In this document: positions 53,203 through 64,000 of the stretch, one piece after another | How positions within the stretch are numbered: position 1 is the first letter of the stretch | Layout: every line of letters begins with the position of its first letter | Assembly: GCA_028817225.1 (NCBI GenBank) | Contig: JAPPQC010000026.1 | Location: 8,631 to 72,630, forward strand | DNA length: 64,000 nt | From: Gammaproteobacteria bacterium | Lineage (GTDB): Bacteria; Pseudomonadota; Gammaproteobacteria; Poriferisulfidales; Oxydemutatoraceae | Direction of reading: 5' to 3' | Translations under genes and position numbers: made by a program | Notes under the pieces: model-generated | Told to the model about the DNA's origin: nothing | Seen by the model: only the letters and a program-made list of their open reading frames with translations | The model's database searches: none

Positions 53203-54088
53203 TTGCGCGCCGACGCGCTGCGGCGCCGTCGCCCTCGTCGGCAAGCCCAACGCCGGCAAGTCCACGCTGTTCAACCGCCTGGTCGGGCGGCGCCTGTCGC
53301 CGGTTACGCACAAACCGCAGACGACGCGGCGCAATGTGCGCGGCATCCTGACCGGCGACGACTTTCAGATCATCTTCATTGACACGCCGGGGCTGTACCG
53401 CGGCGGCCACGGCGTGATGGACCGCGTGCTGAACAGAAACGCGCGCAACGCGCTGTCGGAAGTGGACCTGGTGGCGCTGGTCACGCCGGCGCTGCGGTGG
53501 AGCCGCGGCGACGAGGCGGTGCTCGGGCTGGCGCGCGAATCGGGCCGCGCCGTGGTGCTGGTGCTCAGCAAGGTGGACCTGGTGAAGGAAAAGGGGCGGC
53601 TGCTGCCGGTGATGAAGGAATTCTCCGAACAACGCGGCTGCGCCCGGATTGTGCCGGTGTCGGCGCTGACCGGCGAGGGCGTCGCGCGCCTGACGGCGGA
53701 ACTGGCCGAATCGCTGCCCGAGGCCGGCTTCCTGTTCCCGCGCGACTGCGACAGCGACCGCGGCCCGGGCTTCACCGCCTGCGAGTTGATACGCGGCAAG
53801 GTCATGGAAGTGCTGCACCAGGAACTGCCGTACAACACGCATGTCGCGCTCCGCTCGTTTGAGGACGGGCCGTCGCTGCTGCGCATCGCCGCGGTGCTGA
53901 TGGTCGGCAAGCCCGGCCAGCGCGGCATCGTCATCGGCGCCGGCGGCGCGCGGCTGAAACAGATCGGAACGCTGGCGCGGCTGGAACTGGAGCGCGTCTT
54001 TGACAAGCGCGTGTTTCTGAAACTGTCGGTCGAGGTCAGGCCGCACTGGCAGCGCGACCCGGCCATCCTGCGCGAATACCTCGGATAG
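53177..54088 (+). CDS. era: GTPase Era
   Basis: 'GKPNAGKSTL', 'DTPG' G-motifs and a KH domain. Start is 53177 or 53183. Confidence 0.88.
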   Translation: MPMTATAIDCAPTRCGAVALVGKPNAGKSTLFNRLVGRRLSPVTHKPQTTRRNVRGILTGDDFQIIFIDTPGLYRGGHGVMDRVLNRNARNALSEVDLVALVTPALRWSRGDEAVLGLARESGRAVVLVLSKVDLVKEKGRLLPVMKEFSEQRGCARIVPVSALTGEGVARLTAELAESLPEAGFLFPRDCDSDRGPGFTACELIRGKVMEVLHQELPYNTHVALRSFEDGPSLLRIAAVLMVGKPGQRGIVIGAGGARLKQIGTLARLELERVFDKRVFLKLSVEVRPHWQRDPAILREYLG

Positions 54089-54101
54089 CGGGGGCAACGA
54101 T

Positions 54102-54821
54102 ATGCTCGTCTTTGAGGCCGAACCGGCGTTCGTCATCCACAAGCGCCCGTACCGCGACAACAGCAGTCTGGTGCAATTCCTGACGCCGTCGCACGGGCGC
54201 ATCACCGTCGTCGCGCGGCTGTCGTCGAAACTGATCGGCAAGACGCTGCAACCCTTCATCCCGGCGCGCCTGACTTGCAGCGGGCGCGGCAGTCTGCTGA
54301 ACCTGCGCCACTTTGAACCCGAGGGCGCCGGCCTGCTGGCCGACACCCGCCGCCGCATGGTCGGCATGTATGTCAACGAACTGGTCGCGCGGCTGACGCC
54401 GTCGGCCAGCCCGTCGCGGCGGCTGTTTGAACTCTACCGCGAGTGTCTGCAAGCGCTCGCCGCCGCCGCCGACGCATCGGCGGACGAGACCGAGCGCGCG
54501 CTGCGCCATTTTGAGTTGCGCCTGCTCGACCTGACCGGCAACGGCCTGCAACTGGAGCACGAACACGACACGCTGAAGCCCGTCGCCGCCGACGAGGACT
54601 ACCATTACCGCCCCGGCGACGGCCCGGAACGCGCGCGCGCCGCCGCCGGGCGCGCGGTGTACCGCGGCGAAACGCTGATTGCGCTGCGCGGCGAGCCGCG
54701 CCAGTGGCGCCGCGAAATCCTGCCCGAAAGCAAACGCCTGCTGCGCGCGGTGATTGACCACCACCTGCACGGCAACCTCCAGGCGCGGCGGATATTCGAT
54801 TACCTGAAGCACCTGGCGTGA
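54102..54821 (+). CDS. recO: DNA repair protein RecO
   Basis: RecO N-terminal OB fold plus a C-terminal domain. Conserved era-recO-pdxJ-acpS order. Confidence 0.85.
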   Translation: MLVFEAEPAFVIHKRPYRDNSSLVQFLTPSHGRITVVARLSSKLIGKTLQPFIPARLTCSGRGSLLNLRHFEPEGAGLLADTRRRMVGMYVNELVARLTPSASPSRRLFELYRECLQALAAAADASADETERALRHFELRLLDLTGNGLQLEHEHDTLKPVAADEDYHYRPGDGPERARAAAGRAVYRGETLIALRGEPRQWRREILPESKRLLRAVIDHHLHGNLQARRIFDYLKHLA

Positions 54822-54833
54822 GCGGCGCAAACG

Positions 54834-55562
54834 ATGAAAGAGTTCACGACGACCCTCGGCGTCAACATTGACCATGTGGCGACGCTGCGCCAGGCGCGGC
54901 GCACGCCGTACCCCGATTTTGGCGGCGCCATCGAGGCCGTCGAACGCGCCGGCGCCGACGGTGTGACGATGCACCTGCGCGAAGACCGCCGCCATGTTCA
55001 GGACGCCGATGTCCATGCCGCGCGCGAAAAGATCACGACCCACCTGAACCTGGAGATGGCGCCGACGCGCGAGATGCTCGCCATCGCGCTCGATGTCCGG
55101 CCCGACTACTGCTGCCTGGTGCCGGAGAAGCGCGAGGAACTGACGACCGAGGGCGGGCTGGATGTGGCCGCGCACGCCGGCAGAATCGGCGAAGTCTGCG
55201 CGGCGTTGGCCGAGGCCGGCATTCTTGTGTCGCTGTTCATCGAGCCTGCGCCCGAAGTCATTGACCGCGCCGCCGCGCTCGGCGCGCCCATCGTCGAGTT
55301 GCACACCGGCGAATATGCGCTGGCCGGCGGCGACGAGCGGCGGCGGCAGTTGCGCCGCATCGAGCAGGCCGCCGCCCACGCCGCGCGCGCCGGATTGCAG
55401 CCCAACGCCGGCCACGGCCTGCACCGCGGCAATGTGCGCGCGGTCGCCGCCATCGCCGCCGTCGCCGAACTGAACATCGGCCACTCGATTGTCGCCGACG
55501 CCGTCTTTGTCGGCCTGGAGGAGGCGGTGCGCCGGATGCGCGCCGCGATGCGGGGTGAATGA
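54834..55562 (+). CDS. pdxJ: pyridoxine 5'-phosphate synthase
   Basis: '[15 protein letters not shown]' and 'TTEGGLDV' motifs. Confidence 0.9.
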   Translation: MKEFTTTLGVNIDHVATLRQARRTPYPDFGGAIEAVERAGADGVTMHLREDRRHVQDADVHAAREKITTHLNLEMAPTREMLAIALDVRPDYCCLVPEKREELTTEGGLDVAAHAGRIGEVCAALAEAGILVSLFIEPAPEVIDRAAALGAPIVELHTGEYALAGGDERRRQLRRIEQAAAHAARAGLQPNAGHGLHRGNVRAVAAIAAVAELNIGHSIVADAVFVGLEEAVRRMRAAMRGE

Positions 55563-55565
55563 CGG

Positions 55566-55937
55566 ATGATATACGGCGTCGGCATTGACATCGTCGAGGT
55601 CGAGCGGGTGCGGCGTGTGCTGCGCCGCCACCCGTCGCGCTTCCCGGCGAAGGTGCTGCATCCGCGCGAGCGCGCGCTCTACGACGGGCAGCGCGACCCG
55701 GCGGCTTTCCTCGCGCGCCAGTTCGCGCTGAAAGAGGCCGTCGCCAAGGCATTGGGGCGCGGTTTCTCGTGCGGCCTGCACCCGTCGCGCATTCTCGTCG
55801 GGCGCGACGGCGCGGGCCGCCCGTATGCGGTGCTGCCGCCCGGCTTTGACGCACACACGGTCGCCGTCAGCGTCTCGGCGGAACGGCGCTACGCCGTCGC
55901 CCACGCCACCGCCTTTGACGCCGCCGGCGCCGGTTGA
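55566..55937 (+). CDS. acpS: holo-[acyl-carrier-protein] synthase
   Basis: 'GVGIDIVEV' and 'FALKEAVAKALG' motifs. Confidence 0.85.
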   Translation: MIYGVGIDIVEVERVRRVLRRHPSRFPAKVLHPRERALYDGQRDPAAFLARQFALKEAVAKALGRGFSCGLHPSRILVGRDGAGRPYAVLPPGFDAHTVAVSVSAERRYAVAHATAFDAAGAG

Positions 55938-55969
55938 CCCGCCGCGACGCAAGCGCCATTATTACCCCG

Positions 55970-56878
55970 ATGAACGATTCACCCGCCACCGCCGCCCCGA
56001 CCATCGCCGACTGCATCGGCAACACGCCGCTGGTGCGCTTGCAGCGCATGGCCGCCGGCACCGGCAGCGAGGTGCTGGTTAAACTCGAGGGCGACAACCC
56101 GGCGGGTTCGGTCAAGGACCGCCCGGCGTTCAACATGATCGCCGCCGCCGAACGCCGTGGCGACATCCGCCCGGGCGACACGCTGATCGAGGCGACCAGC
56201 GGCAACACCGGCATCGCGCTGGCGATGGCCGCCGCCATCAAGGGCTACCGGATGATTCTGATTATGCCGGAGAACATGAGCGAGGAACGGCGCGCCTGCA
56301 TGAAGGCGTACGGCGCCGAGATTATCCTCGTGCCGGAAGAGGCCAGCATGGAGGGCGCGCGCGACCTCGCCGCCGAAATGGGGCGCGACGGCAAGGGCCT
56401 GGTGCTCGACCAGTTCGCCAACCCCGACAACCCGCTGTCGCACTACCGCGGCACCGGGCCCGAGATCTGGCGCGACAGCGGCGGCGGCCTGACGCACTTT
56501 GTCAGTTCAATGGGCACCACCGGCACCATCGTCGGCGTCTCGCGCTTCCTGAAGGAGAAGAACCCGGCGGTGGAAATCGTCGGCGTGCAGCCGGAGGAAG
56601 GCTCGAAAATTCCCGGCATCCGCGCGTGGCCGCCGGCCTACCTGCCGAAGATATACGACGCATCGTGCGTGCACCGCATGCTGGAGGTGTCGCGCGACGC
56701 CGCCGAGGATGTCATGCGCCGGATGGCGGCGGAAGAGGGGATCTTCTGCGGCATCTCGTCGGGCGGCTGCGTGCACGCCGCGCTGCGCGTCGCGCGCGAG
56801 GAGCGCGGGCGCGTCGTCGTCGCCATCGTCTGCGACCGCGGCGACCGCTACATCTCGACGGGGGTTTTTCCGGCGTGA
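55970..56878 (+). CDS. cysM: cysteine synthase B (O-acetylserine sulfhydrylase)
   Basis: Aligns with E. coli CysM throughout ('GSVKDRPAF', 'ATSGNTGIALAM'). Start at the internal ATG. Confidence 0.85.
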   Translation: MNDSPATAAPTIADCIGNTPLVRLQRMAAGTGSEVLVKLEGDNPAGSVKDRPAFNMIAAAERRGDIRPGDTLIEATSGNTGIALAMAAAIKGYRMILIMPENMSEERRACMKAYGAEIILVPEEASMEGARDLAAEMGRDGKGLVLDQFANPDNPLSHYRGTGPEIWRDSGGGLTHFVSSMGTTGTIVGVSRFLKEKNPAVEIVGVQPEEGSKIPGIRAWPPAYLPKIYDASCVHRMLEVSRDAAEDVMRRMAAEEGIFCGISSGGCVHAALRVAREERGRVVVAIVCDRGDRYISTGVFPA

Positions 56879-57645
56879 AAGTGCTGGTGTACGACATCGA
56901 GACGGTGCCGGACACGCAGTCGGGGCGGCGCCTGCTGGGCCTCGGCGACGACCTGCCCGACGCCGACATCGTGCGCGCGCTGGAGCAGATTCAGTTCCAG
57001 AAGAACGGCAGAACCTTCCTGCCGCACCACCTGCACCGCATCGTCTCGATTTCGCTGCTGCTGGAGTCCGCGGCGGAGGAAGAGCCGACGCTGTGGTCGC
57101 TCGACGGCGACGAGACCGAGATACTGGAGCGCTTTTTCACCGGCATAGATCAGTACGCGCCGCAACTCGTCAGCTGGAACGGCGCGCACTTTGACTTGCC
57201 GGTCATCCACTACCGTTCGCTGCTGCACGGCATCGTCGCGCCGCGCTACTGGGAGACCGGCGACGAAGACCGCGAGTTTCGCTACAACAACTACCTCAAC
57301 CGCTACCACTGGCGCCACCTCGACCTGATGGATGTGCTGTCGCTGTACGACTTCCACGCCGCCGCCTCGCTCGACAACATCTCCAAACTGATCGGCGCGC
57401 CCGGCAAGCAGGGCATGGACGGCGGCCAGGTGTGGGAGGCGTTTCAGGCCGGCGAGCGCGAGCGCATCAGCAACTACTGCGAGACCGATGTGCTGAACAC
57501 CTACCTGGTGTTTCTGCGTTTTGAGTTGATGCGCGGGCGCATCGGCAGGGCCGCCTGCGACGACCGCTGCCGGCGGCTGCGCGAGATGCTGGAAGCCTCC
57601 GGCAAACCGCACCTGGAAGAGTTTGCCGCGTCAATGCAGCAGTAG
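56875..57645 (+). CDS. predicted 3'-5' exonuclease (RNase H-like, PolB-exonuclease-related)
   Basis: '[11 protein letters not shown]' DEDD-type exo I motif. GTG start overlapping the cysM stop. Confidence 0.55.
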   Translation: MKVLVYDIETVPDTQSGRRLLGLGDDLPDADIVRALEQIQFQKNGRTFLPHHLHRIVSISLLLESAAEEEPTLWSLDGDETEILERFFTGIDQYAPQLVSWNGAHFDLPVIHYRSLLHGIVAPRYWETGDEDREFRYNNYLNRYHWRHLDLMDVLSLYDFHAAASLDNISKLIGAPGKQGMDGGQVWEAFQAGERERISNYCETDVLNTYLVFLRFELMRGRIGRAACDDRCRRLREMLEASGKPHLEEFAASMQQ

Positions 57646-58756
57646 TTTCTCGGCCAGGCGCAGGTAGATGTCGGCCAGCACGCCGAGGTCGGCGGCGGCG
57701 ACATGCTCGTCCACCTGGTGGATGCTCGCGTTGACCGGGCCGAGTTCTATCGTCTGAATGCCGTGCGGCGCGATGAAGCGCGCGTCCGATGTGCCGCCGC
57801 CGGTGGACAGCCGCGGCTCGCGCCCGGTCACCTCGCGCACCGCCTCGCGCGACGCCGCCAGCAATTCGCCGTGCGCGGTGATGAACGGCAGGCCCGACAG
57901 CCGCCATTCAATCCGGCAGTCAAGGCCCTCGGCCTCGATCATCGCGGCTACGCGCCGCTTCAATTCGTCCTCGCCGGTCTCGGGCGAGAAGCGGAAGTTG
58001 AAGTTGATGCGGATGTCGCCGGGAATGACATTGTCGGCGCCGGCGCCGGCGCGCACCGCCGACACCTGGAAGGTGGTCGGCGGGAAATCGCGGTTGCCCC
58101 CGTCCCATTGCTGCGCGCACAGTTTCGCGAGCAGCGGCGCGGCCAGATGTATCGGGTTGCGCGCAAGGTGCGGGTAGGCGACATGCCCCTGTTTGCCGCG
58201 TATCGTCAGACTCGCCGACAGCGAGCCGCGGCGCCCGTGCTTGATGGTGTCGCCAAGATGTTCCTCGCTCGACGGCTCGCCGACGACGCACCACGCGATG
58301 CGCTCGCCGCGCGCCAGCAGCGTGTCCATGACATGGCGCGTGCCGTCGCGGCCCGCGCCTTCCTCGTCGCTGGTCAGCAGCAGCGCGATGGAGCCGCGGT
58401 GGCGCGGGTGCGCCTCGGCGAAGCGCCGGCACGCGCACACCATCGCCGCGAGGCCGCCCTTCATGTCGGCGCTGCCGCGCCCGTAGAGCAGGCCGCCGTC
58501 CTCGGTGGCGTCGAACGGCGGGTGTTTCCATCCCGCGCCGTCGCCCGCCGGCACGACATCGGTGTGGCCGGCGAAGACCAGCAGCGGCGCCGCGCCGCCG
58601 CGCCGCATCCATGAATTGACGACCTCGCCGCAGTCCATCGCCTCGCGCCCGAAGCCGCAGCCCGCGAGGCGCTCGTGTATCAGCCGCTGGCAGCCGGCGT
58701 CGTCCGGTGTCACCGACGGGCGGCGTATCAACTCCTTTGCGAGATGCAGCGTCTCG

Positions 58757-58764
<8 letters not shown>
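57631..58764 (-). CDS. dapE: succinyl-diaminopimelate desuccinylase
   Basis: M20 peptidase motifs 'GHTDVVP' and 'GRGSADMKG'. Confidence 0.9.
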
Positions 58765-59593
<829 letters not shown>

Positions 59594-59677
59594 CGTTCGT
59601 TGATTGGTTTTGTTGTCCGCCGCCGCGGACGGGCGCTACTTTACCGCATTTGCCGCCGCCATGCGCCGCCGCCGCGT

Positions 59678-60442
59678 TCACAACGCCTCGTCCGTGCGCC
59701 GCGTCAGCACCTCGTGGCCGGTTTCGGTTACCAGGATGGTGTGCTCCCACTGCGCCGACAGCGAATGGTCGCAGGTGACGACGGTCCAGCCGTCGGGCAG
59801 CAGGCGCACATGGCGCTTGCCGGCGTTCAGCATCGGCTCGATGGTGAAGGTCATGCCCGGCGCCAGTTCCTCGCCGGTGCCGGGCCTGCCGTAATGCAGC
59901 ACCTGCGGCTCCTCGTGAAACTCCAGGCCGATGCCGTGGCCGCAATACTCGCGCACGATGCTGTAATGGCGGTGCTCGGCGAAGCGCTGAATGGCGTAAC
60001 CGACATCGCCCAGCCGGGCGCCGGGTTTGACCTCTTCAATGCCGCGCTGCATCGCCTCGCGCGCGGCCTCGACCAGGCGCCGCGCCTGCACGCCCGCCTT
60101 GCCGGCCACGAACATGCGGCTGGTGTCGCCGTGGTAGCCGTCCTTGATGACGGTGACATCCACATTGATGATGTCGCCGTTCTTCAGCCGCCGCGGGCCG
60201 GGAATGCCGTGGCAGACCTGGTGGTTGACCGAGGTGCAGACGGATTTCGGAAAGCCCCTGTAATTCAGCGGCGCCGGCACGCAGCCGAGTTCGCCGACGA
60301 TGTAGTCGTGGCAGATGCGGTTGATGGCGTCGGTCGTCACGCCGGGCGCGATGTGGGTCTCGATCATTTCGAGCACCTGCGCGGCCAGCCGCCCGGCCAC
60401 GCGCATTTTGCCGATTGCTTCGGGCGATTTGATGTCAGCCAT
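59678..60442 (-). CDS. map: type I methionine aminopeptidase
   Basis: 'GHGIG', metal ligands D/D/H/E/E. Conserved position next to rpsB. Confidence 0.92.
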   Translation of the reverse strand: MADIKSPEAIGKMRVAGRLAAQVLEMIETHIAPGVTTDAINRICHDYIVGELGCVPAPLNYRGFPKSVCTSVNHQVCHGIPGPRRLKNGDIINVDVTVIKDGYHGDTSRMFVAGKAGVQARRLVEAAREAMQRGIEEVKPGARLGDVGYAIQRFAEHRHYSIVREYCGHGIGLEFHEEPQVLHYGRPGTGEELAPGMTFTIEPMLNAGKRHVRLLPDGWTVVTCDHSLSAQWEHTILVTETGHEVLTRRTDEAL

Positions 60443-60575
60443 TGTCCCGGAAACGGAGTGAACCGCCAGTTTATCACACCGCCGCGCCCGCGGGCGGCGG
60501 GCGCGGCGGTGCTTGCCTTGCGCGGCGTCTTGCGGTTATAATGCCGCGTTTCGGAGGAACCTTATACATGCAGAC

Positions 60576-61334
60576 ATGGAAACGCGGGACATGCCCGAAG
60601 TAACCGTGCGCCAGTTGTTCGAGGCGGGCGTTCATTTCGGGCACCGGCCCTGCTTCTGGAACCCCAAACTCGCCCCCTACATCTACGGCGAGCACAACGG
60701 CGTTCACATCATTGATCTTGACAAGACCCTGCCGCTTCTGAAAGAGGCGCTTAATTTCGTGTCCTCGCTCGCGGCCAACGGCGGCACCATCCTGTTCGTC
60801 GGCACCAAAAAGGCCGCGTCGCGCACCATCCGGGAGAACGCCGAACGCTGCGACATGCCGTATGTGGACCACCACTGGCTCGGCGGCGCGCTGACGAATT
60901 TCAAGACGGTGCGCCGTTCCATCATCCGCTACGGCGAGATGAAGGCGCTGGTCGAGAACGGCAAACTCGAGTCGCTGCGCAAGAAAGAGGCGCAGCGTGT
61001 GCGCCGCAAACTGCAGAAACTGAGCCGCAGTTTCGAGGGCATCAGAAACCTCGAGCGCATGCCCGACGCGATGTTCATCGTGGATGTCGGCTACGAGGAG
61101 ATTGCGGTGAAAGAGGCCGCCAAACTGGGGATACCGGTCGTCGCCATTGTGGATACCAACGGCTCGACCGACCATGTGGACTATGTCGTGCCGGCCAACG
61201 ACGACGCCATCCGCTCGGTGCAGTTGTATGCGACGCTCGTCGCCGACACGATACTCGAGAGCGTGGACGAGGCGAAAAAGAAAACGCAGGACGACAGCCC
61301 GTATGTAGAGGTCGCCTCCGACGAGGCGTTTTGA
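60576..61334 (+). CDS. rpsB: 30S ribosomal protein S2
   Basis: 'LFEAGVHFGH'. Start is 60576 or 60591; 60591 fits the E. coli length better. Confidence 0.9.
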   Translation: METRDMPEVTVRQLFEAGVHFGHRPCFWNPKLAPYIYGEHNGVHIIDLDKTLPLLKEALNFVSSLAANGGTILFVGTKKAASRTIRENAERCDMPYVDHHWLGGALTNFKTVRRSIIRYGEMKALVENGKLESLRKKEAQRVRRKLQKLSRSFEGIRNLERMPDAMFIVDVGYEEIAVKEAAKLGIPVVAIVDTNGSTDHVDYVVPANDDAIRSVQLYATLVADTILESVDEAKKKTQDDSPYVEVASDEAF

Positions 61335-61366
61335 GCGCCGGCGCGGGCGTCCGGGGCGGAAAGACA

Positions 61367-62242
61367 ATGCAGATTACCGCGGCCATGGTCAAGGCGCTGC
61401 GCGAGAAGACCGGCGTCGGCATGATGGAGTGCAAGAAATTCCTGGCCGAGGCCGGCGGCGACATGGAGCGCGCCGTTGAACTGCTGCGAAAGTCGGGGCA
61501 GGCGAGGGCCGACCGCAAGGGCGGGCGCGCGGCGGCGGAAGGCGTGGTGCTGATGGAGACCGGCGACGACGGCGCCGTCGTCATGCTCGAGGCCAACTGC
61601 GAGACCGACTTTGTCGCCAAAGACGCGCAATTCACCGGTTTCTGCAGAAAAGCCGCGCGCGCCGCGCTGGAAAACGCGCCCGCCGACATCGAGGCGCTGG
61701 CGCAACTCGACATCGGCGGCGCCACCGTCGAGGCGGCGCGGCTTGAACTGGTCTCGCGCATCGGCGAGAACATCCAGTTGCGGCGCTTCCTGCGCGTGAC
61801 GCCTGCGGGCGAGCGCTGCGGCGCCTATCTGCACGGCACGCGCATCGGCGTTGTTGTCGAGATGGACGGCGGCGACGACGGCCTGGCGCGCGATGTCGCG
61901 ATGCACATCGCCGCGAGCCGCCCGCTGTGCCTGTCCGAGGACGACGCCCCGGCGGGCGCGCTGGAGCGCGAACGCGAGATTCTGACGGCGCAGGCCGGGC
62001 AGACCGGCAAGCCCGCCGACATCGTCGCCCGCATCGTCGAGGGGCGCCTGCAGAAATACCTGCAGGAGATTGCGCTGCTGAAACAGCCGTTTGTCAAGGA
62101 CGAAGACCAGTCGGTCGGCCAGTTGCTGAAGCGGCATTCGGCCACGGTGCGCGGCTTTCACCGCTACGAGGTCGGCGAGGGTATCGAGAAGAAGAAGGAG
62201 AACTTCGCCGAAGAGGTCATGGCCCAGGCCCGGAGCGGCTGA
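61367..62242 (+). CDS. tsf: elongation factor Ts
   Basis: '[24 protein letters not shown]' UBA-like N-terminus. Confidence 0.92.
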   Translation: MQITAAMVKALREKTGVGMMECKKFLAEAGGDMERAVELLRKSGQARADRKGGRAAAEGVVLMETGDDGAVVMLEANCETDFVAKDAQFTGFCRKAARAALENAPADIEALAQLDIGGATVEAARLELVSRIGENIQLRRFLRVTPAGERCGAYLHGTRIGVVVEMDGGDDGLARDVAMHIAASRPLCLSEDDAPAGALEREREILTAQAGQTGKPADIVARIVEGRLQKYLQEIALLKQPFVKDEDQSVGQLLKRHSATVRGFHRYEVGEGIEKKKENFAEEVMAQARSG

Positions 62243-62253
62243 CGCGCGGTGCG

Positions 62254-62982
62254 GTGTCCAATCTTCGCATTCTTCTGAAGTTGAGCGGCGAGGCGCTGAC
62301 GAGGGGGCGCTCGCGCGGCATTGACATCGAGGCGGTCGAGCGCCTCGTCGGCGAAATCAGGGCGGTGCGCGCCGCCGGCGTGGAAATCGCCATCGTCATC
62401 GGCGGCGGCAACATCGTTCGCGGCGGCGACTTCGCCGCCACCGGCATGGACCGCGTCGCCGCCGACCAGATGGGCATGCTGGCGACCGTCATCAACGCGC
62501 TGGCGCTGCAACAGGCGCTGGAACGCCAGGACATTCACACGCGGGTCATGTCCGCGGTCGAGATTAAGCAGGTGTGCGAGAGTTACATCCGCCGCCGCGC
62601 GGTGCGCCACCTGGAGAAGGGGCGCGTCGTTGTTTTCGCCGCCGGTACCGGCAACCCGTTCTTCACGACCGACTCGGCGGCGAGTCTGCGCGCGGTCGAG
62701 ATCGGCGCCGGCCTGCTGCTGAAGGCGACCAAGGTGGACGGCGTCTATGACGCCGACCCCGGCGACAAGCCCGGCGCCGAACGCTACGAGCGCCTGACCT
62801 ACGACAAGGTGCTGCAAGACCGTCTGGAATTCATGGACGCCACCGCCATTGTCATGTGCCGCGACCACCGGATTCCGATTCGCATTTTCAACATGAACGA
62901 GCCGGGCGCCCTCGGCAGAATCGTCGGCGGCGAGCCTGTCGGCACGCTGGTCGCGGGGCGCGGGGCGGAGGACGCGCAATGA
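62254..62982 (+). CDS. pyrH: UMP kinase
   Basis: '[11 protein letters not shown]', 'GGGNIVRG'. GTG start. Confidence 0.9.
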   Translation: MSNLRILLKLSGEALTRGRSRGIDIEAVERLVGEIRAVRAAGVEIAIVIGGGNIVRGGDFAATGMDRVAADQMGMLATVINALALQQALERQDIHTRVMSAVEIKQVCESYIRRRAVRHLEKGRVVVFAAGTGNPFFTTDSAASLRAVEIGAGLLLKATKVDGVYDADPGDKPGAERYERLTYDKVLQDRLEFMDATAIVMCRDHRIPIRIFNMNEPGALGRIVGGEPVGTLVAGRGAEDAQ

Positions 62983-63536
62983 TCGAGGAAATCAAAAGCC
63001 AGGCGGGCGAGCGGATGAAGAAAAGCGTCGAGGTGCTGCGCTCGGAACTCGCCAGGATACGCACCGGGCGCGCGCACTCGAGTCTGCTCGACCACATCAC
63101 GGTGGAGTACTACGGCAGCGAGGCGCCGCTCAACCAGGTTTCCAACATCACCGTCGAGGACGCGAGGACGCTGGTCATCAATGTCTGGGAGAAGGACATG
63201 GTGAAGAAAATCGAGAAGGCGATTCTGGAGTCGGACCTGGGGCTGAACCCGGCGGTCAGGGGCGCCGTCGTGCATGTGCCGATGCCGCCGCTGACCGGCG
63301 AGCGGCGCAAGGAACTGGTGAAACTGGTGCGCCAGCAGGGCGAGAACGCGCGCGTCGCGGTGCGCAATGTGCGCCGCGACGCCAATCAGAAGATCAAGGA
63401 GAAAATCAAGGCGAAGGAACTCGGCAAGGACGACGAGAAGGCGGCGCACGACCTGGTCGAGAAAATGACCGCCGACTGCGTGCGCTCGATTGACGAAATT
63501 CTGGAAGAGAAAGAGAAAGAATTGACGGAGATGTGA
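62979..63536 (+). CDS. frr: ribosome recycling factor
   Basis: Aligns along the full length. ATGA overlap with pyrH. Confidence 0.92.
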   Translation: MIEEIKSQAGERMKKSVEVLRSELARIRTGRAHSSLLDHITVEYYGSEAPLNQVSNITVEDARTLVINVWEKDMVKKIEKAILESDLGLNPAVRGAVVHVPMPPLTGERRKELVKLVRQQGENARVAVRNVRRDANQKIKEKIKAKELGKDDEKAAHDLVEKMTADCVRSIDEILEEKEKELTEM

Positions 63537-64000
63537 CCGCGCCCGTGTCGATTGAGAAAAAGCGGCCGCGGCATGTTGCCATCATCATGGACGGAAACGG
63601 CCGCTGGGCCGAGACCAGGCGCGAGGAAAGAATCCACGGCCACCGCAAGGGGCTTGACGGCGTGCGCATGGTCATCGAGACCAGCGTTGAGTACGGCATC
63701 GCGGCGCTGACGCTGTTCACTTTCAGCAGCGAGAACTGGCGCAGGCCGCGGCGCGAGGTTCGCGGCCTGATGGACCTTTTCGTGCGCGCGCTGCGCGACG
63801 AGGTGGACGAACTGGCCGGCAACGGCGTGCGCATCCGCTTTCTCGGCGACACCACGGCCTTCGGCCCGGTGCTGCGCGACGAAATCCGGCGCGCCGAGGA
63901 GCGCACCGCCCGCCTCGACCGCCTGCGCCTGAACATCGCCGCCAATTACGGGGGCCGCTGGCACATCGCCGACGCGGTCGAGCACCTGTTGCGCGAGCAG
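63533..64000 (+). CDS. uppS: undecaprenyl diphosphate synthase, 3'-partial at window edge
   Basis: 'HVAIIMDGNGRWA' cis-prenyltransferase motif. GTG start overlapping the frr stop. Confidence 0.85.
   Translation, partial: MTAPVSIEKKRPRHVAIIMDGNGRWAETRREERIHGHRKGLDGVRMVIETSVEYGIAALTLFTFSSENWRRPRREVRGLMDLFVRALRDEVDELAGNGVRIRFLGDTTAFGPVLRDEIRRAEERTARLDRLRLNIAANYGGRWHIADAVEHLLREQ

Noticed and set aside
51403-53346. 647-aa minus-strand ORF crossing the 5S, lepB and rnc
   Set aside because: It runs through an rRNA gene and two well-supported CDSs. Artefact.
54036-55952. 638-aa minus-strand ORF antisense to recO, pdxJ and acpS
   Set aside because: Artefact of GC-rich antisense.

Overview
This is a GC-rich (about 70%) chromosomal segment, most likely from a Gammaproteobacterium. 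It is densely packed with housekeeping genes on both strands. Left to right: DJ-1/PfpI (partial); hflK-hflC-DUF2065-hisZ-purA; a minus-strand serine-cycle cluster (sga, mcl, mtkA, mtkB, hprA); a minus-strand DoxX-DUF692(MNIO)-DUF2063 operon with no recognisable precursor peptide gene; a Pal-like lipoprotein; PPi-phosphofructokinase translationally coupled to a lower-GC FkbM methyltransferase; adk; a 2Fe-2S/FNR-like reductase; oligopeptidase B; lptC-lptA-lptB; rnt; pyrC; argG; mlaA; folE; a molybdopterin oxidoreductase with an Fe-S flavoprotein partner; tRNA-Arg(ACG); a TonB2-type cluster (DUF3450, TtpC-like ExbB, ExbB, ExbD, TonB, TPR). Converging on that cluster is a four-gene minus-strand operon: a MotA/ExbB-like channel, two ExbD/TolR-like single-pass proteins (one 572 aa long) and a double FGE/SUMF1-domain protein. 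I consider this the best candidate for an undescribed PMF-driven envelope machine. Next come msrA, kdsD, yrbG and an rRNA locus that is both unlinked and split. tRNA-Ile, tRNA-Ala and the 23S have no 16S upstream and end in an intrinsic terminator. About 5.3 kb of cargo follows (PQQ sugar dehydrogenase, cytochrome c, SRPBCC protein, TonB-dependent receptor), flanked by a duplicated terminator element and carrying repeated promoter motifs. The 5S sits after the cargo behind its own consensus sigma70 promoter. The window ends with lepB-rnc-era-recO-pdxJ-acpS-cysM, an exonuclease, dapE-dapD-map (minus strand) and rpsB-tsf-pyrH-frr-uppS. No CRISPR array, transposase or integrase was seen. Several real genes use GTG or TTG starts, which the ORF track shows as M. 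The many long antisense ORFs are high-GC artefacts.
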